This document shows positions 27,301 through 42,009 of a stretch of 64,000 bases of DNA, piece by piece. The notes under the pieces were generated by a model. That model made no database searches. It was given only the letters and a program-made list of their open reading frames with translations, and was not told the origin of the DNA. Source of the stretch: Salpingoeca rosetta (Eukaryota; Protista; Choanoflagellata); NCBI GenBank assembly GCA_033442325.1, contig JAWQFM010000004.1, positions 803,084 to 867,083 on the forward strand. The letters run 5' to 3'. Each line of letters starts with the position of its first letter. Positions within the stretch are counted from its first letter, which is position 1. The position numbers and the translations under genes were made by a program.

Positions 27301-30300
27301 TTGACTGCACCATCTCCTACTCGTCCAACCTGTCCATGCTGCGGCTCTCCCATGCGCTCGCTTCGCTGTGGATCAGCAACCCCGCGAATCGGGTGCGCCA
27401 GTGGGTGCTTGCCCGCCTCAACACGCTCCTGCACAACGGCAGCCGCGACTTCTTGAGCGAGCTGCGGCGCTTGGTGCACTTCCGCGAGCAGGAGTCTGGC
27501 CACCAGCAGGAGGAGGCTGCAGCCGCCACCACCACAGCCACAGCCGCGCTGGCGACCGAGGGCGCGGGTGCCCGTGACACGGGCGTGCTGGAGCTTCTTG
27601 GCTCCTCAGCGTCCACCGGCGTTGCTGCCAGTAGCAGTGGCGGTAATGGAGGCGGCCGGGATGGAGCGCGACGCGCCCGTGAGCAGAGGCACCACCACAT
27701 GCAGCTGGAAGCACAGCACCAACACCAGCAGCAGCGGCGGGGCCAGCGGATGGAGCGCGGCGGCCTGCGGGGCGACGAGCAGCCCCAAGAAGAAGAGCAA
27801 CAACAACAACAACAACAACAACAACAGCACGGCCACCTCCGCCAACGGCGCCACCCACAGCAGGAGCTGCGCCCGCATGGCGGTGACGATACCGTCGACG
27901 AGGGCGCGCTGGGGCGTGAGGCCATTGAACCGCTCGTCGCACGCGGAAGCGGCGGCGGCGACCGTGACGGCGGTGTTGGCGACGAGGAAGACAGCCTCAG
28001 CGCCACGGAAACCAGCACGATATCGCGCATGGGTGCGAGCGTGGATGCGAGTGCGGCAGACGATGACGAGGAGGACGAGGACCTGGACACGGTCACCAGC
28101 GCCCGCAGCAGCAACGGGCGCAACAGCATCAGCACAAGCCCTCACGCTGCCGACGACACGTTTGACGACAGCGAGCTTGAACTGCAGACGTCCTCGCACA
28201 GCGGGTTTGACGACAACCGCAGCAATGATGGGCGTGCGCACGGTGTTGGCAGTCACCATGTCGGACGCAGTTCAGGCGGCACAGCGGGCGACGGCGGGGG
28301 CTCTGGCCCTCATCGCCATCATCAGCATCATCACCACCACCACCACCGTCACAGCCACCATCGTCACAGCCATCATCGTCACAGCCACGGCCACGGTAGG
28401 CACAGCCAAGAGCACCACGGGCACCACCACAGCCAGCACCACCATGCCCGCCGTCGTGGCAGCGGCGGGCACGGCATGTCGGGGTCGTCGTCGTCAGCGA
28501 CGGGCGTTCCCTCGCGGCGCAGCGCCGGTGGTGGGCACACGGGCCGGGTGCTGAGCCTGAGCGAGTTTGCCTCGTTCAACGTGAGCGGCAGCGGGCACTT
28601 GAACGTGTGTGAGCTGAGCCTGCTGCTGCTGCACCGCGACGTGAGCAACTGCTACTTCCAGCTCGCGCACACGTTTGCGCAGGTTGGGCTGACGTTCTCG
28701 CACCGCTTTGACTACGAGGCAACGCACCGCTTCCTGCTGCAGACGCGCCTGCACAAGACGGCCCACAAGCCGCTGTTTGGCTCTGGCGACGACGAGGACG
28801 AGCTGCAGTCGAGCGTGGGCAGCGTGCTGCGGGAGTTCTCGCACAGCCTGTGGGCGACGCTTGAGATGCAGCACCAGCACGAGACGACGCTGGAGAAGGA
28901 CGGGCGCATCCTCATGCGGTCCGACTTCAACCGCGTCATGTGCCGCGTTGCCGCCGGCCTGGACCTCCCACCGGGCAGCGCGGTGAGCAGCGCTGAGAAG
29001 CCGTCGTGGTTCCGCGTGTACTGCACGACGAGCCGCGAGTTCAACCGCCTGGTGGACCGACGGCCGTTTACGGAGGAGTTTGCGCAGCGCATCAAGGCGG
29101 CGCTTGAAGGGCGCGGGGACGAGGAGGAGCCGCCGGAGGTGCGGGAGAGCCTGGGCTACCTGGACAACGGCGTTTACACGGCGCAGATGGACAAGTCGAT
29201 TCTGCACTGGAAGGCGGAGGCGCCGCAGGAGCTGCGGCTGGCGTACTCGAAGGACGCGGCGCCGACGGTGAACATGCCGCGGCTCACGTTCCAGCCGCTC
29301 AACGAAGGGCACGTGAAGACGTCGAACAAGAACACCACGGTCATGATGCAGTCGGAGGCCTCTGAGGAGAACACGTGGGTGATGGCGGACGAGGTGCTCA
29401 CCTCCGGCATGCACTACTGGACGGTGCGGTGCGACAGCAAAGGGTCTGCGCGCCGCTATGTTGGTGTTGGCGTCGGCAAACCAAACGCCGCGTACCCTCT
29501 GGGCGCAGCGCGCATCCTGTCCGAGGGCCTGCTCAAGTCCGGTACCTCTGCCATCAAGATCCCGCGCGGGTTCTCACCAAACGACATCATTGGCGTGTTC
29601 CTGGACCTGAACCGCAACATGGTGGCATTTGACGTGAACGGGCACAAGCGGGGCGAGATTGAGCTGCCCGGTCTTGCACCGGGCGAAGGCGTGCGTCCGC
29701 TCGTCTACCTCTTCTACCCCGGCGATCGGGTGCGTTTTTTGAGAGAAGTACATAATGTGTATATTTATGCGTGCGCGTGTGCATGTTTTGTGAGTGTACG
29801 GGTGTGCTTGTACACATGTGTGTCTGTACATTTGTGTTTGTACACGTGTGTATGTTGTTGGCAGTTCTCGCCCCGTTACCCACTTCACCCAACACCACCT
29901 CACCACTCAATACCGCACCACTCAATTCCCCACCACTCAATTCCCCACCATCCAACCCCTCCCCCCACTCAATACCTCACCACTCAATTCCCCACCACTC
30001 AATTCCCCACCATCCAACCCCCTCCCCCCCACCCAACACCTCACCACTCAATTCCCCACCACTCAATCCTCCCCCAACTCAATACCTCACCATCTGCCCC
30101 TCGCTTTTTCTTTCGAATTCCCCATGCAGATTTCGTTTGTGTATGGGCTGCCGCTGCCTGCGTGCTATCGCATGGGCAACGACACCCGCAGTCTGTTTGC
30201 TGTTGCTGGTCGCCGCGCCATTGTTCTCCGCGCGGCGCCATCCGTTGACTCGAGCCGCCTGGGCGTGCTGCCACCTGCGTCCTCGCACCACCGCCACCCG

Positions 30301-31945
30301 GTCGTGGTCATGGCGGTGGACTACCGCAGCAACCGCGAGGGCGTGTGGCTGCGGCTGGCCAACCCGGACAACAAGTGGGGCGAGGGCCAGTGCTGGTGTC
30401 TCCTGCGCGACCCATCCGGCGCGCAGAACCTGAACGCGGTCGACAAGGACATGGACCCGCGGCTGGTGATCAACTACACGGAGGAGGCGCCACCCGACAC
30501 GCAGCTCGGGGCAGCCGGCACCGCTGCAGGGAAGAAGGTCGCGCAATGCATCACGACAGCGTCGCGGCACAACGTGCGGGCGGGGCCGAGCCTGGACGCG
30601 ATGGTGATTGGCGGCATTGCACCGTCGATGATGGTGTACTACACGAGCAAGGTGAGCGAGGGCGGCGGGGTGTGGCTGCTGCTGGACGCGGAGTCGAAGG
30701 AGCGCGTGGTGGAGCCCAACATGCGGCACCTGGACGCGTATGTGCTGTTCAAGGGCAGCGACGAGGTGGCGTACTTCAAGCTGGAGGAGCCGCCACCAGT
30801 CATCACGGAGCCGCCGCCAGCGTACCCGGCCCTGCACGGCATCCCCGTTGGGCAAATCAAGCGGCGCTGCTTCCTGCTGGAGACGCTGAGCTCCTCTGTG
30901 CTGTCGCTGGCGAGCCTGATTGAGTTCCAGTCGATGGAGACGAGCGGGGGCGTGTCGCTCGGTCTCGGGGGTACACAGAAGTCCCTGCAGGCGCTGCAGG
31001 ATCTACTGCTGCTGACGCACAAGGAGCGGCTGATCAAGGCGGTCATCTCGCGCACGATGGCGTCGTCGACGGTGCGCGTGACCATCACCCTCAACCGCGT
31101 GCAGATCCACCGGCAGCCGTCCGGCGTCGCCGGGATTTACGGGCAGAACTCTGTGTTTGCGCAGGCGTGCCGTGAGCTGCGCAATGCGGACCCGAGCGTG
31201 TTCCTGGCGCCCAACCGCTGCTGGAAGGTGAAGTTTGCTGGCGAGGGCGTGGACGACGCCGGCGGCGGGTACTCCGAGAGCATCTCGGAGATGTGTGAGG
31301 AGCTGGTCAACGGGTCCCTGACGCTGCTCATCCCAACGCCGAACAAGGTGCAGGACAGCGGTGACAGCCGCGACGTCTACCTCTTCAACCCGGCAGCCAA
31401 CTCGCCCGCAGAGCTGGAGGTGCGCCTGTTGTTGTTGTTGTTGTTGTTGTGGGAGGGGGGAAAGAGGTATTGGAGTTGGGTGAGATGAGGTCTGGACTGC
31501 TTCTGTGCTGTTGTGCGTGTGTGCGTGTGGGTGTGTTTGTTTGGGGGAGGGGAGTTGGGGTCGTGTTGGGGTTGAGGCGTTCCTGCGCGTTGTACTTGTA
31601 ACGAATGTAACTCACACTCACGTTGACTGCGCACGTGTGTTGTGGTTGTTTCAGCTGTTTGAGTTCTTGGGCGTCTTGATCGGCATCGCCATTCGCACCA
31701 ACAAGTGAGGCCAAAGGCGTGTTTTCATGTGCGCATCTGCGGATGTATTTGTTTGCGGGAGCTGTCACACTCCTCGCTTCATATCCTCACTCTCTTCCTC
31801 ACCTCCGCCATTATGTCGTGCAATTCTTGCTTTGCAGTCCGATTTCGCTACCGCTGGCTGGTCCCGTCTGGAAGCAGCTGACGTGAGTACTTGATGTTGT
31901 GCAATGTGTGTGTGTGTGTGCGTGTGCGTGTGTGTGTGTGCGCGT

Positions 31946-32020
<75 letters not shown>

Positions 32021-32211
32021 AGGTGCTCGATTACATGCTGTCAAGCTGATTGCAGACAGTCTTCATGTTGGACGATATCACTCTGCGAATCATTGCTAAA
32101 ATGCATGTGTGTGCGTGTGTGTTTCGTGTTCAGTGGCGTTGCACTGACGATTGCGGATCTGCGCGAAGTCGACACGGATTACGTCACCACCCTCGAAATC
32201 ATCAAGAGTGA

Positions 32212-32256
<45 letters not shown>

Positions 32257-32326
32257 TACGCGCTCTCTGCTGTAAGTGCATACCGCCAGTTTCATCCCAA
32301 CACTACTTGTGTGCCTTGCATCCTTG

Positions 32327-32363
<37 letters not shown>

Positions 32364-34076
32364 ACGCACGCACACGCACACACACGCACACACACAGGCC
32401 TGAGCGAGGAAGCGTTCTCCAGCTATGGTATTGGCGGCGACACACCGAGTACGTACTGCTCCTGGTCACTTGCACAGCAGCGGTGTGATGCAGCCGTGAT
32501 ACAAGGAGTGACAATCAAGGTTTGACTCAGTCTTCCTCGCTCACCTTCCATCCTCCTTACCGTCTGCCTGACCTGTTTGTACTTGTGTGCGCGTTGTGTG
32601 TGTGTGTGTGTGCAGGTGCGAAGGAAGGGCTGACATACCAGGTGCTGGACGTCCCGCGCCTCACGTCTGCCACCCGCGACGAATACGTGCGCAAGGCGCT
32701 CCACCTTCGCCTCCACGAGTTTGATGCACAGGTGCGATTGGTTGTGCATGAATGCGTGTATGTAAAGTGTGTGTGTGCATGTGTGTATGTATGTGCGTGC
32801 GTGCGTGCCTACCTGCTCTCATGGGCGCGGCTTTTCTTTCCACCGTGCATAATCAATCGTTCGTTCCTCTCTTCCCCGCTCTAACTTTGCACTCAACCAA
32901 CAACCCCAACTGTTCCTCACGTCTGGTGCGCAGGTGCGGGCTGTGCGTCGTGGTGTTGCGCGCGTGGTGCCACTGCCGCTGCTGTCACTGCTGCAGCCAA
33001 ACGAACTGCAGGAGTTTGTGCTCGGCAAGCAGGAATTCGATCTCTCCCTGCTGGTGCGTATTGCGTCGTGTTCACCTGTCACCCGTGTGCAACGTTTGGG
33101 GGCGAAGAGATTGCGATTTGTGAAAGTGGGTTGGCTCAATGGATGCTGTTGTCACTACTGTCGCTGTTGTCACTGCTCTTCATTTTGATTTACCACCTCA
33201 TGTCACGACTCGTCCTTGACGTGTACCTTCTTCCTTCCGAGCAGCAAGTGATGACGCGCTACAAAGGGCTTCGCTCCAACTCTGCGCTCGCCGGGTGGTT
33301 CTGGGACGCCATCAAGGCCCTCACGCCCGTCGAACTCTCCCTCTTCCTCCGATTCGTCTCGTACGTTTGCGTGGCATGCATGTGCGCCTGTGCCTGCGTG
33401 TGTGCGTGTGCGTATGTGCGTGTGCGTGTGCGTGTGTGCGTGTGCGTGTGTATGTGCGTGTGCGTGTGCGTGTGCGTGTGCGTGTGCGTGTGCGTGTGCG
33501 TGTGCGTGTGCGTGTGCGTGCAGGTGTGTATTTTCGTTATTGTGGTTCGATACTCGTAATTGCACTGGCCAGTGCTCACGCGTGACTCACTCCCGCACTC
33601 CGAACCAATGCAACACCATGACTGCCTTTGATCATCCACACTTCAGGGGCCGCACGCGATTGCCGCGCACCCAGGCCGACTTTGAAGGAAAGCACTTTGT
33701 GCTACAGGCGCTTGACCGTTACGAGGCCGGCTCCAGCCACGCAGACAGCGCCCTCCCAGAGGCCATCACCTGCTTCTTTACCCTCAAAATCCCGAGGTGG
33801 GCTTTTGCGTGTACGTGTGTGTGTGTGTGTGCATGTGTGTGTGCATGTGTGTGTGTGCATGTGTGTGTGTGCATGCATGTGTGTGTGTGTGTTTGGTATT
33901 CTCTTGTGTGTCCGACGGAGAATTTCCACTTACACCTCCCAATGTACCGTGACTACTTCCTCCCCAGGTACTCGAGTTACGAGGTGTTGTTGAAGAAGCT
34001 TCGCTATGCCATCAACAACTGCAAGGCCATTGACACGGACAATTACGCCCGCACCACGCTGCCGCCTGGCTCGTGA
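13299..34076 (+). CDS. HERC2: giant HERC2-like HECT E3 ubiquitin ligase (~5,000 aa): RCC1-like domain, DOC x2, RCC1-like domain, SPRY, two SH3b-like repeats, HECT
   Basis: The N-terminal KGDLASSFCRPDHLNALWSKLRKNRVV resembles the large-HERC N-terminal helix. RCC1 repeats lie in many small exons at ~13810-17270 (YSWGSNSYAQLG, TWGRGSYGRLGHG, AFGDGDYGKLGLG). The giant exon 17882-29729 holds DOC domains (~22100-22470, ~24405-24790), RCC1 repeats (~25680-26730) and SPRY (~29280-29729). Exon 30130-31419 has WKVKFAGEGVDDAGGGYSESISEMCEEL. The catalytic LPEAITCFFTLKIPRY and terminal AINNCKAIDTDNYART match HERC2. Some 5' exons are garbled and one gap lies inside. Confidence 0.9.
17040..17139. other. assembly gap (100 N) within the HERC2-like gene
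   Basis: Run of N. Confidence 1.
29885..30095. repeat. intronic minisatellite built on a CACCACTCAATTCCC 15-mer
   Basis: Repeated CACCACTCAAT(T/A)CC units in the intron at 29730-30129. Confidence 0.9.
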
Positions 34077-34172
34077 TGTTATTCTCGCGTGGAGTGAGAG
34101 AGTGTGTTTGTGTGTGTACGTTTGTGTGTGCGTGTGTGCGCATGTGTGTGTACGTTTGTGTGTGTGTGCGCT

Positions 34173-34203
<31 letters not shown>

Positions 34204-34292
34204 ATAGCAACTCAGCTCTCTTCCTCTCTTCTTCCACCTTTCTCTGTCGTGTCGCAGTGTGTACAAGAAAGTTTGTGGAAAATATAGCATAA

Positions 34293-34328
34293 GTTTCCGT
34301 TAACAACCATCACTTTTGCCAAGGAAGC
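34293..34328. promoter_or_regulatory. candidate RFX X-box-like sites upstream of DYNLT1
   Basis: GTTTCCGTTAACAAC (34293-34307) and TTTGCCAAGGAAGC (34315-34328) lie 55-90 bp upstream of the ATG. Both are imperfect matches to GTYRCC-N0-3-RGYAAC. Confidence 0.35.
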
Positions 34329-34383
34329 CAAACCGACACTCACTACAACCAACCAACAACCAGCAAACACACCACCAGCAGCC

Positions 34384-34433
34384 ATGGCAGACTACGAAGG
34401 CGTGGAGGATGTAAGTCCCATCTGCGCGTACGC

Positions 34434-34491
<58 letters not shown>

Positions 34492-34783
34492 GTGTGTGTG
34501 TGTGCGTGCGTGTGTGTGTGTGAATTTGTATCTTGTTTCAGCGCATCCCGCACGTTGTGTCCCGATCTACGTCGCTGTGTCGTCGAACTCATCCTGACTC
34601 ACGCATCGTGTTTGGATTCCCCAAAGACATCCTTTAACGTGGACGATGTCAGCACCATCATTCGCGAGGTGAGGCAAAGTGGTGCTGTGTGTGCTGTGTG
34701 CTGTGTGTGTATGTGTGTGTGTGTGTTGCGTGCTCCGCTGTGTGCGCCACCACTCGTGTTTATCAACTTTCCGTTAGTCTACA

Positions 34784-34832
<49 letters not shown>

Positions 34833-35525
34833 ATGCACTTTGGAGAGCAGTCGATTGAACAGAGCATCGGTCAGAGCAGTTACCAGCACTCAAAGGTGAA
34901 CCAATGGACGTCAAACGTGGTTGAGCAGTGCCTGAAGCGCCTCACCTCCCTGGGAAAGCCTTTCAAATACATCGGTGCGTGTGTGTGCCATGTGTATGCT
35001 CAAGGGTGGTGGGCGTGTTGTTTCGTCGCTGTTGTAGATTGTAGGATTGCTGGATGATGTGAACCTGAGGGATATTGTGCGCGCTTCGCGTACAACCATG
35101 TTCCGTGTCCAACAACCATGCTTCGTGTACAACCATGCGCGGTGTCGTTTACAGCCCCCTCCCCCTTCCTTCATGCCCATCTCACCCCTTCGCACGCCTC
35201 TTCTTGCTTGTGCAGTCAACTGCGTCATGCTGCAAAAGAACGGCGCTGGCCTTCACACAGCAAGCTCCTGCTACTGGGACAACAGCACAGACGGTACGTG
35301 AGGATGATGTGATGGTTCGCAATGGAGCCATGGGCGCGCGTGCGTTGACATCGTGCACACGATTGCGCACCGCACTGCGCTTTGCCTCACTTCCACATGC
35401 ACCCATTCACACCCATTCACACACAAACATACACACAAACACCCGCTCATGCAGGGAGCTGCACTGTTCGCTGGGACAACAAGACAATGTATGTTGTCGT
35501 GAGCGTGTTTGGCCTCGCCATCTGA
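34384..35525 (+). CDS. DYNLT1: dynein light chain Tctex-type 1 (113 aa)
   Basis: Exons 34384-34410, 34627-34668, 34851-34974, 35216-35293 and 35455-35525 give [113 protein letters not shown]. Confidence 0.97.
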
Positions 35526-35728
35526 GGAAAGGCGGCGCTGTTACCCGTTGTGTGCGATGTGTTTGGTCGCCTGGGGGGGATTGAAAGACAAGGAAGTATG
35601 CAGCACACGCGCGTGTCTGTATGTGGATGTGTTTGTGAATCGTCGTGCGCCCTTGTGTGCTGGTCTTGCAAATCGGAGTGGTGGGGACAGGTGTGTTGCT
35701 GTACAACCACCGTCCTCAAGTTGTGCGT

Positions 35729-35761
<33 letters not shown>

Positions 35762-35950
35762 AAGTGCGGTTGGTTCGCCTCTTGCTGTTTCATCATCATC
35801 ATTGTACCAACCTCGAAACAACTGTTATCGTTTACTTCGTTGCGACTGCGCGCCTTTGTGGTGATTCGAAATGTACACGAGGAATCGCGGAGGGGAGAAG
35901 TGGTGATGCACGTGGTTGGTACATGGCACACGGCACACAAACTAGCGCTC

Positions 35951-36026
<76 letters not shown>

Positions 36027-36044
36027 CACATACAAAGAGGTTGC

Positions 36045-38135
<2,091 letters not shown>

Positions 38136-38720
38136 CTCCGCGGTCGCTCTCAAAGCCCTGGTGAAAATTGGTGGGAGTTGTACATGGAATTCGAGCCATG
38201 CTCCATTCGTGAGTTTTGCTGGCCGTGCAAGAAGAACAACGCACAAAAAACGCTTGATTGCGAGGAGGAAAGAAAGGTGAGACAGCAAAAGGAGCTGGCT
38301 TGTTGAAACGCCTCCCAGCGAGCGAGTGGAAGAGGTGTGGTGGGCTTGTGGTGGTGTGTGTGTGTGCGAGCCATGGGGGCAGGACGGAGGTACCGTGGGT
38401 GGCTGAGAGAAGTGCAGCAATTGGCTTGTATTTCTTCGTGTGCTGTGATCGTGGTGGATCTCACATGTTGTCGAAGAACTCGCTGCTCTTGTTCCACCAT
38501 TGTTCGCAATCTCACTGGCGCACGCCTTCTCGTTCAGTGGTGATCATGCAGTGGCTCGTGCTTCTTTCTTTCTCTCACGAACACTCTCACACATACCCCC
38601 GCATACACACCCACATCCTCACACCCACTCGCACCATCTTGCTCTCTTCTTTCCCAGCAATCACTGAACAGTACAGTACATAAGGACCACGTTTGTTTGG
38701 TTTGCACGTCACACAGAACC

Positions 38721-41700
38721 ATGCCTCCGGTAAGCCAGCACATAACACGTGCACATGCACTTGTGTATGTGTGTGTGTGCACGCACGTGTGTGAATGCAT
38801 GTATATGCGTTTTTACTCGTGGCTTTGGAATGACGCATACAAAGACCCACCTTCCTGCACCTGCTTCTCCATCACCATCGCGTGATCGTCCTTGACACTG
38901 CCTCTCTTCCACCTGCCCGTCTCTCTTTCATCCTCTCATCTTCACACCTCACAACGCGGTCCTGTCAACCACACCTTCCACCCTCTCAACACCACACGCA
39001 CAGCCCTTGAAGTGGGCAGGGTCCACGACCTCGATGGAGGGCCGCCTGATGGTTGCCGTGCACGAGGTGATTGAGCTGAACCTCCAGCCAAACGAGACAC
39101 TGGGCCTGCGCGTGTCTGGCGGTACCGACACAGTGGACGAGGGTGAGGACCCCGGCCTGTTTGTGGAGGAAGTCCTGGAGGGCGCCGGCAGCCGCGACGG
39201 CCGCATCAAGGTCGACGACAAGATCATCGAGGTGAACGGCACGCGCCTTGGCGAGCGCACGCACGAGGAGTACATGGGCGTGCTCACGGAGGCCGTTGGT
39301 AGCCTGAACGTGGTGCTGCTCGTGAGCCGCATGCGCGAAGTTGGCTCCGTCTCCTGGGAGGAGTTCTTCGCGGGCCGATACGGCCACATGACCACGCAGG
39401 GCCGGTACGCGTCAGGGTCCATTGCCTACGTCAGCGAGGGCTTTGGCGTCGTGGAGCTTGAGCAGAGCGCATCAGAGACGTTTGGTCTCGCGCTGGCCGG
39501 CGCCAAGAGCAAAGAGGAGGCACGTGTTGCTGCGGGTGTGTACATTGCCGCCATCCGCGCCGGTGGCCCCGCAGCCGCAGCGGCTATTGACGGCACGCTG
39601 TCTCGCGGCCAGCAGATTGTGGAGATCAATGGGTGGGCGTGTGCGCGCGCCACCGTGGCGGAGGTGGAGCTGCTTCTCAACCGGTTTGCACGCGCCACCA
39701 TCGTTGTGAAGGAGAACCCCGAGGGCTTCCTGCCGTTCTCCGACGAGAGCCTGAACCGGTATTACGCGCCGCTCACCGTCGACGGGCAGGAGGCGACCAC
39801 GGAGTCTCTTCGACAGGTCTCGCTGCCGTTTGACCCGACCGGCAACACGAAGCTTGGCCTGCGCATCATCGGCGTGCCGCCCAACACCAAGTTTGATGCG
39901 CACGGCGTGTTTGTCAATGGCTGTGCACCGGGCACGGCCGCAGCCGACCGCCTCAACGTCGGCGACCAGATCATCGGTGGGATTGCTTGTGTGTGTGTAA
40001 ATGTGTATGAATGTGTGTATGAATATGAACGTGTGAATATGTGTGCGTGTGTGCGTGTGTGTGTGTGTGTAACACATGTGTGTGCAACGCATGTGTGTGT
40101 AACACATGTGTGTGCAACGCATGTGTGTGAACATGTGAATATGCGTGTGTATGTGTATGAACATGTTTGTTTCTGTGGCGCGCATGTGTACGTAACCCTG
40201 CGTGTGACTGCATGTGCCTCGATCTTCGTCCCGCGCCGTCCTTGCTCACCATGCCCCTCCCTCCCACACGTCTCCACCCCCGACCCCCTTCCTCTGTGAT
40301 CCAGAGATCAACGGGTGCACGCTCGCTGGCGCCACGCACGACGTTGCCGCCAACACGCTGCGTGCGTCCAAGGGCACGGCCAAGCTGCTTGTGGTACACA
40401 ACGCCCCCGGCTACGAATACATGACGCGCATGGTCGAGGAGCACGAGCGCGAGCTTGACCAGGACCCGGACGCCCGCCGCCACATCAAGGATGTGCTCGT
40501 GCCAGACGTGCGCATCCCAGAGGTGCAGACGGTCCGCGACGCCGACGCGCAGGAAAACAAGGTGGTGGTGCGGGTGGCACGGCCCGTGGGCCAGCCAATT
40601 GGCGTCACCATCCACGTGCGGGAGGTGGCTGGGCGCCGCATCCCGCTCATCACCAACGTCAGCGCAGGCAGCGTGGCCGCCGACACGGGCAAGCTGCGCG
40701 TGGGGCAGCAAGTGTTCGCGCTCAACACCACCGCGCTCTCCGAAAACACACCGCACAGGGACATTGAGAACGTGCTTGCAGACACGTCACTGGACCACAT
40801 TGAGCTGACAGTCTCTGCAGAGCCCGTCGTGGACGTGAGCGAGCTGCTCGCCAACCTCATCCTCACCCACACGTCCACCGCCATCTCCCACCAGCACGTG
40901 CGCCTGGTGCGCATCCCAGACAACATCAACGGGCTCGGCTTTGCCTTTGTTGGCCCGAGCGAGGAGAGCGGGCTGGCGCCGTTTGGTGCGTACGTGTCGC
41001 GCACGACCGTGGGTGAGCTCAACACGGGGGACCAGCTCCTGGCCGTCTCCTCCAACAACCACGGCAAGTTTGAGTGCTTGTTTGACTGCTCATACAAGAA
41101 GGCCATGTCGCTGCTGATGCGGGCGAAGATGGCGCGGGAGACATACCTCGTCGTGTGCTCCAACCCGGAGGGGTACGCGTTCTTCTCTGCAATGACGACC
41201 AACAGCGTGGACCTGGAGCAGGTGCTGCCGCCGCCCATCTCACCCCGCGCCGCCGTCGCCGCCGTCAGGGAGTCGGTCGCCGCTGAACACCAGCGCAGAC
41301 AGCAGCAGCAGCAGCATCAGCAGCAGCAGCAAGGGGAGGAGAAGCAGGATACAGAGAAGGGACAGGAGCGCATCGATGGTGAGAGTGGGGAGCAACGTCA
41401 GGGTGAGGGCGGCCATGCACAGGCGGAATCAACAGAGGTCCAAGGCGAGCAAGGCGAGGGTGTTGCCGCAGCTACTTCTGACAAGAGTGCAGAGCAGCCA
41501 GCGGGTGTCGAATCGCAACCCGCCACAGCCGCTGTGAACGCCACGACAGACTCCGCCACCGCTGCTGGCCCGGCACACACGGCCAACGCCAGCATGACGG
41601 CGCCGCCGCAGCGCTCGTCCTTCTTCACCGTCACAGAGGCGCCCTTCCACGTGCGGGCGCACTTTGCGTGGGTGCCGCAGAACGAGACGCAGCTTGGGTT

Positions 41701-41961
41701 TGCCGAGCGCGACGTGCTGCGTGTCGAAGAGCTTCTCTCTGGCGACTTTTGGGTGGCCACACACCTTGGCACGGGCGCACGGGGCCAGATCCCGTCTGCC
41801 GCGTACTACGAGGAGTTTTTCAAGGCGACACCGCTGTGGCAGCAGAAGCTGCACATTGCGCAGACGATTGACCAGACCATGCGCGACGCCGACGAGGCGG
41901 TTAGTTTGTTTTGTTATTGTGTGTTGGAGGGGGGAGCGAGGATGGGCTCTCTTGCTTGTGT

Positions 41962-42009
<48 letters not shown>

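Noticed and set aside
18947-28259. Long antisense ORFs (475-691 aa) opposite the HERC2 giant exon, and the 591-aa ORF opposite PYCR
   Set aside because: They are expected shadows of GC-rich codon usage on the coding strand and contain no recognisable domains.
29730-30248. C-terminal extension of the 4121-aa ORF (PHHSIPHHSI repeats)
   Set aside because: This is read-through into the intron at 29730-30129; splicing restores the SPRY end (YPGDR|ISFVYG) and continues to the HECT domain.
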